From Octopus bimaculoides (Eukaryota), in assembly GCF_001194135.2 (NCBI RefSeq), contig NC_069005.1, positions 6,464,776-6,501,623 of the forward strand: a stretch of DNA of 36,848 nt, given 5' to 3'. Numbering within the stretch: the first letter of the stretch is position 1; each line of letters begins with the position of its first letter. Made by a program: the position numbers and the translations under genes. Below the pieces are notes generated by a model. It made no database searches. It saw only the letters and a program-made list of their open reading frames with translations, and was not told the DNA's origin. Below, piece by piece: positions 23,761 to 36,200 of this stretch.

Positions 23761-24040
23761 TGTGTTGGCACTCCGTCGCTTACGACGTCGAGGGTTCCAG
23801 TTGATCTGATCAACAGAACAGCCTGCTCGTGAAATTAACGTGCAAGTGGCTGAGCACTCCACAGACACGTGTACCCTTAATGTAGTCCTCGAGGATATTC
23901 AGCATGACACAGTGTGACAAGGCTGACCCTTTGAATTACAGGCACAACAGAAACAGGAAGAAAGAGTGAGAGAAAGTTGTGGTGGAAGAGTACAGCAGGG
24001 TTCGCCACCATCCCCTGCCGGAGCCTCGTGGAGCTTTTTT
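23761..24040 (-). mobile_element. tRNA-derived SINE family E
   Basis: Reverse complement of 35862-36200 (gtggagtgctcagccacttgcacgttaatttcacgagcagg). Confidence 0.85.
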
Positions 24041-24879
24041 TTTAGGGCTGATTAAAACTCCTATCTTGAATAAGGAAAGAATGGAAAAGATAACAGAAAG
24101 TGATTTTGAAGGCATTCCGGCTGCTATGTCTAGCAGGTTGATTGACTTGACTGTGTAGCATTCGTTATTTAAAACCAGGTCTAACCCACTAGCAGGCACT
24201 TGATTGGTCAACCAGTCCGGAACACTTTTGTACAAAGATCCGTGTTACCATGTATTCCAATCTCTTCTAAACGGATCGTCGTTTCCTGTTTCGCTGTAGT
24301 GTGGATCGGCACTTGACATAAGTGGGGCAACTAACAATATGCCAAGTCTTTGGGCCAACTTTCACTGATCGCGTCTCTATGACTAACCCCCTCTAGCTTT
24401 CAAATTATTTCGTCGCGAATCAAATGTTTGTTTGTATTGTCTTGTGTTAATCACGTATTGTCTTGAAGCTTCAAAATTTCAATGATGCGATTGTCTATTG
24501 TTAGAATAACCCTGCGAGATAAGCATAAGGGACCAGATCTGGCCAGTTTGAACATAAACCAGGTAGAATATTTGGGTCGGATATGGCTGGTTTAAATGCT
24601 GAAGGGTTAGGGTGTTCTAGTAATGGCCATCCCAAATATTTGTGCTCTATAATACTATATTGTCTAATGTGGCCTTCCTGTTTTTTTTTGTTTTTTTTTT
24701 GTTGTTTTTTTTGTTGAAGACAGTAAGGTGTGGTTTGATGAAATTTGGTCGCTGCTATTTCTAGCAAATCAAGCTATGACATTAATCAGTAAATCAGGCA
24801 GGGCAATCTTTTTTGAGTAGCAGGCCATGTGGCATGGCTCATCAGGTGGGCTACACTGAATTTTTTTTTTTTTTTTTTT

Positions 24880-25200
24880 TACTTGTTTCAGTAATTAGAC
24901 TGTGGCCATGCTGGGTCACTGCCCAGTACTTTTTTTTTTTAAGCCTGTTATTCTATCGGTCTCTTTTGCCAGACCATTAAGTTATACGGACATAAACAAA
25001 CCAGCACCGGTTGTCAAATAGTGGTGAGAGACAAGCAAAGACACAGAGAGGCTTCTTTCAGTTTCTGTCTACCAAATCCACTCACAAGGCTTTGGTTAGC
25101 CCGAGGCTATAGAAGATGACAATTTGCCCAAGGTGCCACACAGTGGGACTGAACCAAGAACCATGTGCTTGAGAAGCAAGCTTCTTACCACACAGCCATG
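24880..25200 (-). mobile_element. SINE family A
   Basis: Reverse complement, colinear with the family A consensus. Confidence 0.8.
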
Positions 25201-26442
25201 CTTCCATTCAGAAAGTCTTGCAGGCCACAGTTTGCCGCCCATGGCTGACATAGGTGCTCTGTCCTTCGTTAGGTGACCTTTATGTGGCTTTGACAGATTA
25301 GGGACACATAGTAGCCCTTGATTCTAGAGTTCTTTAGCCCTGAGTCAATCCTAATTGATAAGACATTTCATCAAAGACTTGGCCATGTGTTTAGCAATGA
25401 AACCTCTCCCTCAAATGATAGTTTTGCACTTTGAGGAAAAACAGAAATAAAGACAAGCTTAGATAATATAGCCTGTAGGAGGGGTGGACGAATTTTTCAA
25501 GCCTGTAGGAGGGGTGGACGAATTTTTCATAGATGGAATGTTTTTGACCACAGGTGGTCATTTTGGTCAAAAACTGACACGTGGCTAAACAACAATAAAA
25601 AACGATGTGGTCATGGCTTGTCCACTTTTGATCATAGATCTGTTGGATTAGGGTTGGTCTTGGGTTAAACAATACCAAGCGAGACGAGAAGGTCATGGTT
25701 GGAACACCTTTGATCATGGATCTGTTGAATCAGGGTTACGATCTTACGATCCTAAAAGTGGTCACCACATAATTATGAGAACCAGATACCGGTTCAAAGT
25801 CTAACTTGTTTGAAGAAATTCTAATTTTCAAGTTATCTATCTGCCCAACCATTTATTTCATTCCGTTAAGGGTTCTGGTGGTGTGATTGACTAATAGACA
25901 AGTTCGACCCCTTGAAAATCTAACCAATACAGGTGCATTTCGAACCGGAGAACAACGACAAACTCCAGGGATTACATCATCTTGAAGCTGGTGTAGTTTT
26001 TAGTTTGAGGGAGATTTGATTGGTATTTCTAGCAAGTTAAGCGGCCTTGTACACGCACAGTCAAATATATACTGAACGAGACCTTGTGCCAGTGTGGAAT
26101 GATAGATAACAGAATTGGAACGTCAGGAGAGGTCTTGCCATATTTTAGACACGTTTCTTTGAGTTCCTATCTTACGGAGATTGACTTAGCTTTCGATAAA
26201 ATTTAAGGGTCAATAAAGTTGAGTAGCAATCAGGTTGTGGCGCCATCTATTCGAAATCTGATAGAACAGACATTCCCCACCACCACCACCAAAACAAAAA
26301 TTATTCCTACCATGATTGCATCGTATTTTTTTATATTCTACATTTATCCTATCCACGTTATCCTTCCTTTTTTCAAGACTATACTTAGTTATTTGCGGGA
26401 GATTTGGTTGTAACTTCTTGTAAGTCACGCAACCACCTAGAC

Positions 26443-26724
26443 TAGGGGTTCTCAGCCATTTTTCTTTTTTTTCATCTATGGACCCGTATAATTATTATTC
26501 TATTCTGGTGGACCCCTGTAGCCAGTCGATGTTTATAAACACGTTTTATAGAAACTTCTTTCAAAATTCCTATTTTGTTTTTCACACATTAACTTTGTCT
26601 AGGTTGAATTATGTATAATCTTAGAGAAAGAAACCTATTTCTTCCAATACATACATCTAAAGCAAAATTTTTTCAGGGTTTTTGTTTTTAAATGCTATCN
26701 NNNNNNNNNAGTTGAGAACCACTG
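26443..26724. mobile_element. hAT (Charlie-like) MITE
   Basis: TIRs TAGGGGTTCTCA / TTGAGAACCACTG. The flanks acctagac and atctagag resemble the NTCTAGAN 8-bp Charlie target. Confidence 0.8.
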
Positions 26725-27197
26725 ATCTAGAGGTTCTTTTCAGGAAATCCTTATCATTGATCGTTGGGGTAGTGAAGAACGGTAAAGCCTTACATTGTAT
26801 ATTTTCCTCAATCCTATAGAATAGCGGTATAGGAACCTTCCTTGCACCACAGGCCGGTTTCACGCTTGACAATTTTTCGGGGACCGGGGGATCACAGGCA
26901 TAGCAAAACACAAGTGCAGAATATATAATTTATTTCATACATAGGCAATAATACACATATATCACAAACATAATAGATTAAGGTTTTAATCGATAGATAT
27001 ATAAAGCAAAAACACTTTGCATAGTGTGATAGTCAATAAAATATAAGAAATTTATTCTTTCTGTGCGGCCCAGTACGAAATGACCCACGGTCCGATGGTC
27101 GGCTGCCTCTGCTCTGTATAAGATATATAAATCTATCCAGCCATTATTAATAACTGCCCTTGAAGAAAGAAAGCTCGTAGTCAAAATAGAAAATAAA

Positions 27198-27555
27198 CGT
27201 GACTGTGTGGTAAGAAGCTTGCTTCCCAACCACATGGTTCTGGGTTCAGTCGCACTGCGTGGCACCTTGGGCAAATGTCTTCTGCTTTAGCCTTGGGAAT
27301 GGATTTGGTAGGCGGAAATTGAAAGAAGCCCGTCAGATATGTGAATATGTGTATTTATGTTTGTGCCTGTGTTTTTTCCACACCCACCCCACCATCGCTT
27401 GACAACCGATGTTGGTGTGTTTACATCCCTGTAACTTAGCAGTTCGGCAAAAAGAGATTAAGTTCTAGGTTTACAAAGAATAAGTCCTGGGGTCAATTTC
27501 TTCGACAAAAAAAAAACTCTTTAAGGTCGTGCTCCAGGATGGCCACAGTTAAAGA
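27198..27555 (+). mobile_element. SINE family A
   Basis: Colinear with the family A consensus. Confidence 0.85.
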
Positions 27556-27964
27556 AAAGAATAGAAGCTCGATCTACAGTTTAAAATGGATTGAGTTTTT
27601 CCTTCTCTGACTTGGTTATAACTTGTTCTTAGTGTTCTTATAAAGTCTCCTTCTCTCTCTCTGTCCGTATATATATAATGCTAAAATAATTTTATCATGA
27701 AGAACATTTTAGTACCGGTTTCAGTCTTTGTGGCTTTTTCAACTTAGAGTAAAGCATGAAAAACAATTTAATTGTGGAAAAATTAAATTAAATGAAAATG
27801 TTTTTTTTAATATTTCCATAGTTTTGAAATGCAAGGGACATTTTCCTTTTTTTTTTTTTCTGTCTGTCTCTTTTTCACTCTTTTGAAGGCTTCGTAGCAG
27901 TCCTAAAAGAATATTTGGTATATATATGTATATATATACATACACACACGCAGACGTGCATTGT

Positions 27965-28355
27965 ATAGCTGTGGTAAAAAGTTTACTTCCCAACCACAAG
28001 GCTTCGGGCTCGGTCTTTGGGCGGGTGTCTTATAACTGTAGCCCTAGGCTGAGCAAATCCTTAAGTAAGTTTGGTGTTGACGGAAATTTTAGTCTTTGCA
28101 TATGCGTTTGTCCCCTCACCACAGCCACCGCTTGAAAACCGGTGTTGGTTGGTTTGTCTACGTCCTCGTAATATAGCGGTTCGGCAAAAACAACCGAAAG
28201 ATCCAAGTTGCCGAGCTTTAAAAACCAAAAAAAAAAGTACTTGAATCGATTCGTTTGTCTCAAAATAATAATTATAAAAAATAAAAATAAAAACCCTTCA
28301 AGGTGGTGCCCCAGCGTGGCCGCAGTCCAGTGATTGAAACAAGTAAAAGATTTTT
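27965..28355 (+). mobile_element. SINE family A, diverged but CpG-rich
   Basis: Colinear with the family A consensus. Confidence 0.75.
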
Positions 28356-28430
28356 AAAAAAAACAAAGATTTTAAAACGTATTGAGTTCTTCGTATAATC
28401 ATTCTTTAGTCTCTTGTCTGTTTATGTATG

Positions 28431-28465
<35 letters not shown>

Positions 28466-28799
28466 ATGTGTGAAGAGATAATGTGGACTGTTATATGCCA
28501 TTGTATTAACGGTGTGTGTGTGTGTATACATTGATACATACATACAGATGCACACACACATTGTAGATGTGGTGTGTGATCGTTGTCTACATGTGGTTGT
28601 ATATGAATAATGGTGGTGATCGTGTATACATGTGGTTGTTGGAGCAGTAGTAGTAGTAATAATGCTTGGATGATGGTAGTAGGTACCATGCTGGTTGTGA
28701 TCTTATTACAATAGGGGGCCCCACATTGAGTCAGACAAATAACAATAACAACAACAACAACAATAATAATAATAATGGCAGTTAAGATTGTTCTCATTA

Positions 28800-29490
28800 T
28801 GTCATACACACAACTCTTCTTCCTCTCCACCACCACCACCTCGCTGCCACTTCACACTTACTCCCTCCCTCACGCCGTCTTTGCTTTCTCTCCCTCCCTC
28901 CCTCACACCTTTCTTGCTCCCCTCTCCTTTCTTTTATTTTTTCCTCTTCCTCCTTTACTCCTTTCTTGCTTTCCCTCTCGACCTTTTTACCCATCCCCCC
29001 GCCTCAGCACTACCACTTTACCCTCCTTTCCCTCCCTTTCTCTCTCTACCTTTCACCACCACCACCATGACATCGTTACCACTTAACACTCACACTTTCT
29101 TCCCTCCTCTCTCTTTTTTTTTTACCTCGACGATGACGACGACCCACCACCACCACCACTACTTTACATTCACCCCTTCCTCTCTTTCAATTTCTACCTC
29201 TTACCACCACCACCACCACACATCGCTGGCATTTTCACACTTATTCCTCTCTGCTTCCCAACATCATCACCACCATCTTTCAACGCCGCCGCCACCACTC
29301 CCACGTCGCTGACACTTCACTCACTCACTCACTCCGCCTTCTCCCCCTCTAACGCCACCACGTCGCTACCGCTTGATTCTCATCTCTTCTCCTTACTTCC
29401 CCCATCACTTCTCTGCCATGTCACACTCACCCTCATTCACTCCTGTTTTATTCTCTCTTACTCTCGTTCTCTCTCTCTCTCTCTCACTGC
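28800..29490. repeat. Pyrimidine-rich (CT/CAC) low-complexity tract
   Basis: Directly visible. Confidence 0.85.
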
Positions 29491-29974
29491 TGGTTGGATG
29501 TTTAGCCCCAGGCAAATCTTTGTTCGAGTAGTCAGTCTCATGAACATCGGTATTCCGGCCTTGCCCACCTCGTCTTTTTGCAAGAGATATGTCTAGGACT
29601 GTCCAACACGTCTCTCCTTTTCAAAGAGACCGTGCATGATTTGAGGAAAATTTGGTTGCTGTTTCGGACAGGTCGAACGGCCACGTAGAGGATCCCTCGT
29701 TAGTTTGCGGCGGTTGTGATGTTCAACCCCAAGTCAACTCTAATTCAGCAGTCAAATGCTTGAATGAGCTCCAGCCATGACGATCCCCTCGTGTTTTATT
29801 AATGCATAATACACGCTATATTCTACACTGTCCAATGTTTTATTTGATTTCATTTCTGCAAGACGCGGATCTTTGGCTGCTATTTCTAGCAGGTCTCCAT
29901 AGCTACTTCATAGAAGCAAATCTGTGATTAAACGCATTCCTACCGTGATCATCCCATCTTTTTTTTTTTTTGTT

Positions 29975-30294
29975 CAGTGCTGTCTTGGCAGCATTATAGG
30001 CCTCCGAGCAAATCAGTACACACGAACCCTGTAGTATTTACTTACTAACAAGCAAGCTACAACATACATAGATCAGAATCGGGGCCTCTGCGTCCGTGAG
30101 GCCACCGGGTGAATCATTGCAGCGGGCCTTAAGGGCTTTTGACAGCTAACCACAGCATACATAGATCACAAAGGACCCCCGGCCAAATCAATGCATGGCA
30201 TTTATTCATAATGACACAGTAAGCCACAGTATTAGTAGATCAGAATTGGGCCCTCTGGCAGCCGCAGCTGTGCCCGTGCCTTAAGACGGCTCTG
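29975..30294. mobile_element. Second copy of the TIR element with internal repeats (about 3 units)
   Basis: Ends CAGTGCTGTCTT ... AAGACGGCTCTG; core acatacatagatcagaat shared with 15346-15785. Confidence 0.65.
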
Positions 30295-31883
30295 AAGGGT
30301 TCCCCCCCCCTTTTTTTTTCAGAGAACCTCGTATCACATTTTTGCTTGTTTGTGAAAGACAGTTGGGGGTGCGATTCGAGAGATTTGACTGGTGTTTCTA
30401 GCAGGTGGAGCGACTCACTCTGGTGGTGGTGGTGGTGGTGTTAGCCGAGATGACTGTTCTCCTACCACCACCACCCCTCCTCCTGCCACCCCTGTTAACG
30501 TGAAAATATATTACTAACCTAAAAACCTAATTGTTCAACTGGAAAAAATGGAGTCGTTAGCCTTCTTCCTTCTCTCTCTCTCTCTCTCTCCCCCATGCAT
30601 ACCCTCTCTTTCACACATGCTCACTCTATCATTCTCTCTCACACGCTCTCAATCTCGCACACACGCACACACACGCTCTACTCACCCTCTTTCCTCCTCC
30701 TCCTCCGCCATTCATTTGTCATCCCCACCACCGCCGCCGCTATCACCTTACATAGCTTCTCTATCTCCGTCCTCCTCCTCCTCCTTCATCTCTTACCGTC
30801 TTTCATTGTCTTTTTTTGTTTGTTTTTCTTTCCGCTTCCTCTTCTGTCTGTCATCACCTCTCACTCTTACTCACCGATTCTCTTTCTCATTCACTCGCCC
30901 CTTCCCCCTCCATTTCACTTTCATTTCGCCGGTGATGGGGAAGGGGGTGGGGCGCTGCAGGGCTGGCGGTAGCGGTAGCGAAGAATGTTTCTTTTNNNNN
31001 NNNNNNNNNNNNNNNNNNNNNNNNNNNNNNNNNNNNNNNNNNNNNNNNNNNNNNNNNNNNNNNNNNNNNNNNNNNNNNNNNNNNNNNNNNNNNNNNNNNN
31101 NNNNNNNNNNNNNNNNNNNNNNNNNNNNNNNNNNNNNNNNNNNNNNNNNNNNNNNNNNNNNNNNNNNNNNNNNNNNNNNNNNNNNNNNNNNNNNNNNNNN
31201 NNNNNNNNNNNNNNNNNNNNNNNNNNNNNNNNNNNNNNNNNNNNNNNNNNNNNNNNNNNNNNNNNNNNNNNNNNNNNNNNNNNNNNNNNNNNNNNNNNNN
31301 NNNNNNNNNNNNNNNNNNNNNNNNNNNNNNNNNNNNNNNNNNNNNNNNNNNNNNNNNNNNNNNNNNNNNNNNNNNNNNNNNNNNNNNNNNNNNNNNNNNN
31401 NNNNNNNNNNNNNNNNNNNNNNNNNNNNNNNNNNNNNNNNNNNNNNNNNNNNNNNNNNNNNNNNNNNNNNNNNNNNNNNNNNNNNNNNNNNNNNNNNNNN
31501 NNNNNNNNNNNNNNNNNNNNNNNNNNNNNNNNNNNNNNNNNNNNNNNNNNNNNNNNNNNNNNNNNNNNNNNNNNNNNNNNNNNNNNNNNNNNNNNNNNNN
31601 NNNNNNNNNNNNNNNNNNNNNNNNNNNNNNNNNNNNNNNNNNNNNNNNNNNNNNNNNNNNNNNNNNNNNNNNNNNNNNNNNNNNNNNNNNNNNNNNNNNN
31701 NNNNNNNNNNNNNNNNNNNNNNNNNNNNNNNNNNNNNNNNNNNNNNNNNNNNNNNNNNNNNNNNNNNNNNNNNNNNNNNNNNNNNNNNNNNNNNNNNNNN
31801 NNNNNNNNNNNNNNNNNNNNNNNNNNNNNNNNNNNNNNNNNNNNNNNNNNNNNNNNNNNNNNNNNNNNNNNNNNNNNNNNNNN

Positions 31884-32070
31884 CAACTTTCTCTCACTCT
31901 TTCTTCCTGTTTCTGTTGTACTTGTAATTCAAAGGGGTCAGCCTTGTCACACTGTGTCACGCTGAATATCCCCGAGAACTACGTTAAGGGTACACGTGTC
32001 TGTGGAGTGCTCAGCCACTTGCACGTTAATTTCACGAGCAGGCTGTTCCGTTGATCGGATCAACAGGAAC
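31884..32070 (+). mobile_element. SINE family E fragment
   Basis: Near-identical to 35980-36165. Confidence 0.85.
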
Positions 32071-32212
32071 ACCTCCTCACCTGCTCCAAAGAAGGCCAAG
32101 GTTATTTCATCTGCTGGAAAGGGGATGGCCTCAGTTTTTGAGGATGCAAAAGACATTGTGTTTGTTTGACTATCTTCCAAATGGGTACACCATTAGTGGA
32201 GAGTACTGTGCA
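32071..32212 (+). pseudogene. Mariner transposase fragment (second lineage)
   Basis: SPAPKKAKVISSAGKGMASVFEDAKDIVF(fs)DYLPNGYTISGEYCA matches the mariner SAGKVMxxVFWD...DYL...TINGEYY segment. Confidence 0.8.
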
Positions 32213-33030
32213 AGGTCAGAAGAATAAGGGGGATGAGGAAGGATTTCATAGCCACAGGAGAGTGCTTTCATCTGGGCAGCATGCGCTTTGCGAAATGGGG
32301 CGTTATCTTGGAGGAGGCAGACTCCTTTGGTCAGCATGCCACACCTCTCTGCTTTGATGGCATCTCACAATTTCTGTAGTAGAGAAACATAATATACCCC
32401 GTTATTTGTGGTGCCCTTTGCCAGAAAATGCATCGTCACTATTCCATGCTGGTCCCAAAAAACAGTGAGCATCACCTTGCCTGCTGAGGGTTGGACACGA
32501 GCCTTCTTTGGAAGGTGGTGAGTTATCATGCTTCCATTGCTTCGACTGGACTTTAGTCTCAGGATCATAGTGATGGACCCATGTTTCATCCTGTGTGATA
32601 AGTCTGCCGAAAACTTCCTCCTTGTTTTCTTGGCACATTGCCAAAAGAGCCTGGGAGCAATTGCCTCGTTCCTGCTTCTGAAAAGGTGTGAGCATCCGGG
32701 GGAATCCATCATATGATTTTTTCTATGGACCCTACACTTATCTTCATTTCTTAGGCTAGTTGCCCAATAGTTACATGGCAATCCTCCAAAATGGTGGCTT
32801 CCACTTTTTTGGATGGTGTCAACATCAGTGGCAGAATGTCGTCATCCAGGAATAGGAACAGTTTCCACTGATGTCCGACCACATTTGAACTGGTGATGAC
32901 AGCACTTGACTACGTCGTATGATGGTGCTTCGTCACCTTAAACTTCTTTCATCTCATCGAAAGCCTCTTTTGGTGTGCGACCTTTCAAGTATAAGAACCT
33001 GACCACTGATCTGCATTCAACTGTCTCCAT
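32209..33030 (-). pseudogene. Decayed mariner (Tc1/mariner) transposase
   Basis: ATG at 33030 (METVECRSVVRFLYLKG...), then WIPRMLT, LITQDETWVHHYDPE, SAGKVMLTVFWD, LLQDNAP and HP(P)YSSDLA, with several stops and frameshifts. It is truncated before the third catalytic Asp. Non-coding 5' sequence extends to about 33170. Confidence 0.92.
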
Positions 33031-33174
33031 TATAACACCTTAGTCCACTTCAGCAGCCGTAAAAGACAAACGAATACTAGTGGAAAGCTACAATTTACAA
33101 TGTGACATGTAGGAACAGGTATGATTATACCTGCACAAGTTCTGTTTCCTGCAATAACCAGAAGTGGGTCAGGG

Positions 33175-33420
33175 GAAAATCTTTAATGAACACCCCCCCC
33201 TCGTATCTCTGCCCAGCCATTATATGATGGTTGTAAACGAGCATCACCGTTATACAAGCGAGATCATTCGTTTCCAGCATTCCATGAAAAACGTGTCTGG
33301 TCATGGGGAAATATTACCTTACATGGGTACAAGTGAAGGTTGGTGACAGAAAGGGCATCACCGGGCTGTAGAAAATCTTCTTTAAATTCTGTCTGACCCA
33401 TGCAAGCATGGAAAAGTGGA
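33175..33420 (+). mobile_element. Decayed RTE-type 3' tail
   Basis: ggttggtgacagaaagggcatc...gctgtagaaa...acccatgcaagcatggaaaagtgga. Confidence 0.6.
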
Positions 33421-34309
33421 TAGGAAGGAGCATAATGGGGAATGGAATGTGGTTTGGGACAACCCTAAAAGAACAGGGCGGAGGGGGGGGGGGTCAACTG
33501 GAATATCTGAGCATAGATCTGCTCAATAAAGGTTGACCTGTAACTAAAGAACAACAATATCTCCATCACTGCCATGACCACCCCCACATTTACAACCTCC
33601 CCCTACCCTACCCTGATAGACTCTCCTTTTTTTCTTCTTTCACTCTTTTTTAACATAGGCGCAGGAGTGGCTGTGNNNNNNNNNNNNNNNNNNNNNNNNN
33701 NNNNNNNNNNNNNNNNNNNNNNNNNNNNNNNNNNNNNNNNNNNNNNNNNNNNNNNNNNNNNNNNNNNNNNNNNNNNNNNNNNNNNNNNNNNNNNNNNNNN
33801 NNNNNNNNNNNNNNNNNNNNNNNNNNNNNNNNNNNNNNNNNNNNNNNNNNNNNNNNNNNNNNNNNNNNNNNNNNNNNNNNNNNNNNNNNNNNNNNNNNNN
33901 NNNNNNNNNNNNNNNNNNNNNNNNNNNNNNNNNNNNNNNNNNNNNNNNNNNNNNNNNNNNNNNNNNNNNNNNNNNNNNNNNNNNNNNNNNNNNNNNNNNN
34001 NNNNNNNNNNNNNNNNNNNNNNNNNNNNNNNNNNNNNNNNNNNNNNNNNNNNNNNNNNNNNNNNNNNNNNNNNNNNNNNNNNNNNNNNNNNNNNNNNNNN
34101 NNNNNNNNNNNNNNNNNNNNNNNNNNNNNNNNNNNNNNNNNNNNNNNNNNNNNNNNNNNNNNNNNNNNNNNNNNNNNNNNNNNNNNNNNNNNNNNNNNNN
34201 NNNNNNNNNNNNNNNNNNNNNNNNNNNNNNNNNNNNNNNNNNNNNNNNNNNNNNNNNNNGTAACTGAACTGTTATAATGTTTCTTCTCCAGCCTGTTAGT
34301 TTGAAATTC

Positions 34310-34510
34310 TTCAACATTACAGCATCACCAACAACAACAACAACAACACAACCATCATCACCACCTCCACCACCATCACAACCCCCCATTATCACAATTG
34401 CCACCGCCACCACAATCACCATCACTACCTCTGCCATCATCATCATCACCACCACCACCACCACCATTACCAACATCCCCCCACGTATCATCATCATCAT
34501 CATCATCATG
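34310..34510. repeat. (CAC/CAT/CAA)n trinucleotide tract
   Basis: Directly visible. Confidence 0.9.
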
Positions 34511-34713
34511 TTGATGCCTTGTTAAAACTATGTGGAACTATTTAGTGGGGGTGGGTGGAGGTGTAACGGTCTTTTAATCATTGGAGTGATGGGTGTAGGG
34601 AGTAGGAGGAGGAGAAGGAAGAAAGTAGCTGTACCTCTCTACTTACCCCAACCTTCCTCCTTCCCCTTCGTGTTCCCCCCCCCCCTCTCCTTTTCTTCTA
34701 GATNNNNNNNNNN

Positions 34714-34815
34714 CGGCCCGAGGCTATAGTAGAAGACACTTGCCCAAGGTGCCATGCGGTGGGACTGAACCCAGAACCATGTGGTTAGTAAGCAAGCTAC
34801 TGACCACACAGCCAT
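34714..34815 (-). mobile_element. SINE family A head
   Basis: Reverse complement of the head and CORE-like region. Confidence 0.8.
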
Positions 34816-34932
34816 TCTTGTGTTTAAAATCTAAAGACAACAAGGAGAAAGACAGATAACTGTTTAAAAAAAAAGTCGTATTTGGACCCTACAAAACAAG
34901 GAGCCCTAAAACTACTGAGCTGTGGGTTAGTA

Positions 34933-35153
34933 CCCTTCAGCCATGTTATTCTAAGATACTCTTTTAATCACCATACGTAGTTGAAATATTGCTCCTGTTG
35001 TATGTTAAAACTGGCCAGATCTAACCTCTCATACCTAACCTACAATGTCATTCCAAAAATAAGCAATCACATCATCAAAATCTCAAAGCTATGATTAATT
35101 CAAAATGGTGACTAAATAAGCCTTACATTTCACAGAATAATCTGAATGCGAAA
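34933..35153. mobile_element. Decayed P1 MITE
   Basis: ctggccagatctaacctctcatacctaacctacaatgtcattc...atgattaattcaaaa matches 12104-12324; the ends are degenerate. Confidence 0.7.
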
Positions 35154-35333
35154 GTACTGAACCTCTCTGCCAATCCGTTTTGGATGATTCTGTTGAAGTT
35201 AATTTACAATCCAGAATATCCAAGTTCATTTTCTAAAGCCATCTTCCAGTTCCTAAAATGCAACTCAATGTTTGGCAGATGTCTTCTTGATAAAAATCCT
35301 TCCTTGTTTTGCACTACAGCAGCTTAAAAGTTA

Positions 35334-35540
35334 CCACCTGACTGGCCTTCGTGCCGGTGGCACGTAAAAGCACCCACTACACTCTCAGAGTGGTTGGCGT
35401 TAGGAAGGGCATCCAGCTGTAGAAACTCTGCCAAATCAGATTGGAGCCTGGTGCAGCCATCCGGTTCACCAGTCCTCAGTCGAATCGACCAACCCATGCT
35501 AGCATGGAAAGCAGACTTTAAACGATGATGATGATGATGT
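35334..35540 (+). mobile_element. RTE-type 3' tail (LINE or SINE end) with (GAT)n terminus
   Basis: cgtgccggtggcacg hairpin, ggttggcgttaggaagggcatccagctgtagaaac, ending in gatgatgatg. Confidence 0.75.
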
Positions 35541-35861
35541 CCACCTCGGCTTCAGTCCTAATAAGTTCAGTGTATGAACTGCNNNNNNNNNNNNNNNNNN
35601 NNNNNNNNNNNNNNNNNNNNNNNNNNNNNNNNNNNNNNNNNNNNNNNNNNNNNNNNNNNNNNNNNNNNNNNNNNNNNNNNNNNNNNNNNNNNNNNNNNNN
35701 NNNNNNNNNNNNNNNNNNNNNNNNNNNNNNNNNNNNNNNNNNNNNNNNNNNNNNNNNNNNNNNNNNNNNNNNNNNNNNNNNNNNNNNNNNNNNNNNNNNN
35801 NNNNNNNNNNNNNNNNNNNNNNNNNNNNNNNNNNNNNNNNNNNNNNNNNNNNNNNNNNNNN

Positions 35862-36200
35862 AGGATTGTGGTTTCGATTCCCAGACTGGGCGTTGTGAGT
35901 GTTTATTGAGCGAAAACACCTAAAGCTCCATGAGGCTCCGGCAGGGGGATGGTGGTGAACCCTGCTGTACTCTTCCACCACAACTTTCTCTCACTCTTAC
36001 TTCCTGTTTCTGTTGTACCTGTAATTCAAAAGGGCCAGCCTTGTCACACAGTGTCATGCTGAATATCCCCGAAAACTACGTTGAGGGTACACGTGTCTGT
36101 GGAGTGCTCAGCCACTTGCACGTTAATTTCACGAGCAGGCTGTTCCGTTGATCGGATCAACTGGAACCCTCGACGTCGTAAGCAACGGTGTGCCAACAAC
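35862..36200 (+). mobile_element. SINE family E, near full length
   Basis: B-box-like ggtttcgattccc at the 5' end and a ...gtgccaacaac tail. Three copies in the window. Confidence 0.85.

Noticed and set aside
24150-24345. Possible minus-strand exon (APLMSSADPHYSETGNDDPFRRDWNTW)
   Set aside because: The splice signals are plausible but weak, and I recognise no homology.
25933-25990. Possible plus-strand exon (VHFEPENNDKLQGLHHLEA)
   Set aside because: Poor donor (gtgtag) and no similarity to PTEN.
26903-26932. AKHKCRIYNL resembling PTEN exon 3 (SKHKNHYKIYNL)
   Set aside because: No acceptor or donor at the expected positions and two residues missing; probably chance.
32209-33030. Active or domesticated mariner transposase
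   Set aside because: Multiple stops, frameshifts, an internal deletion and loss of the C-terminal catalytic region.
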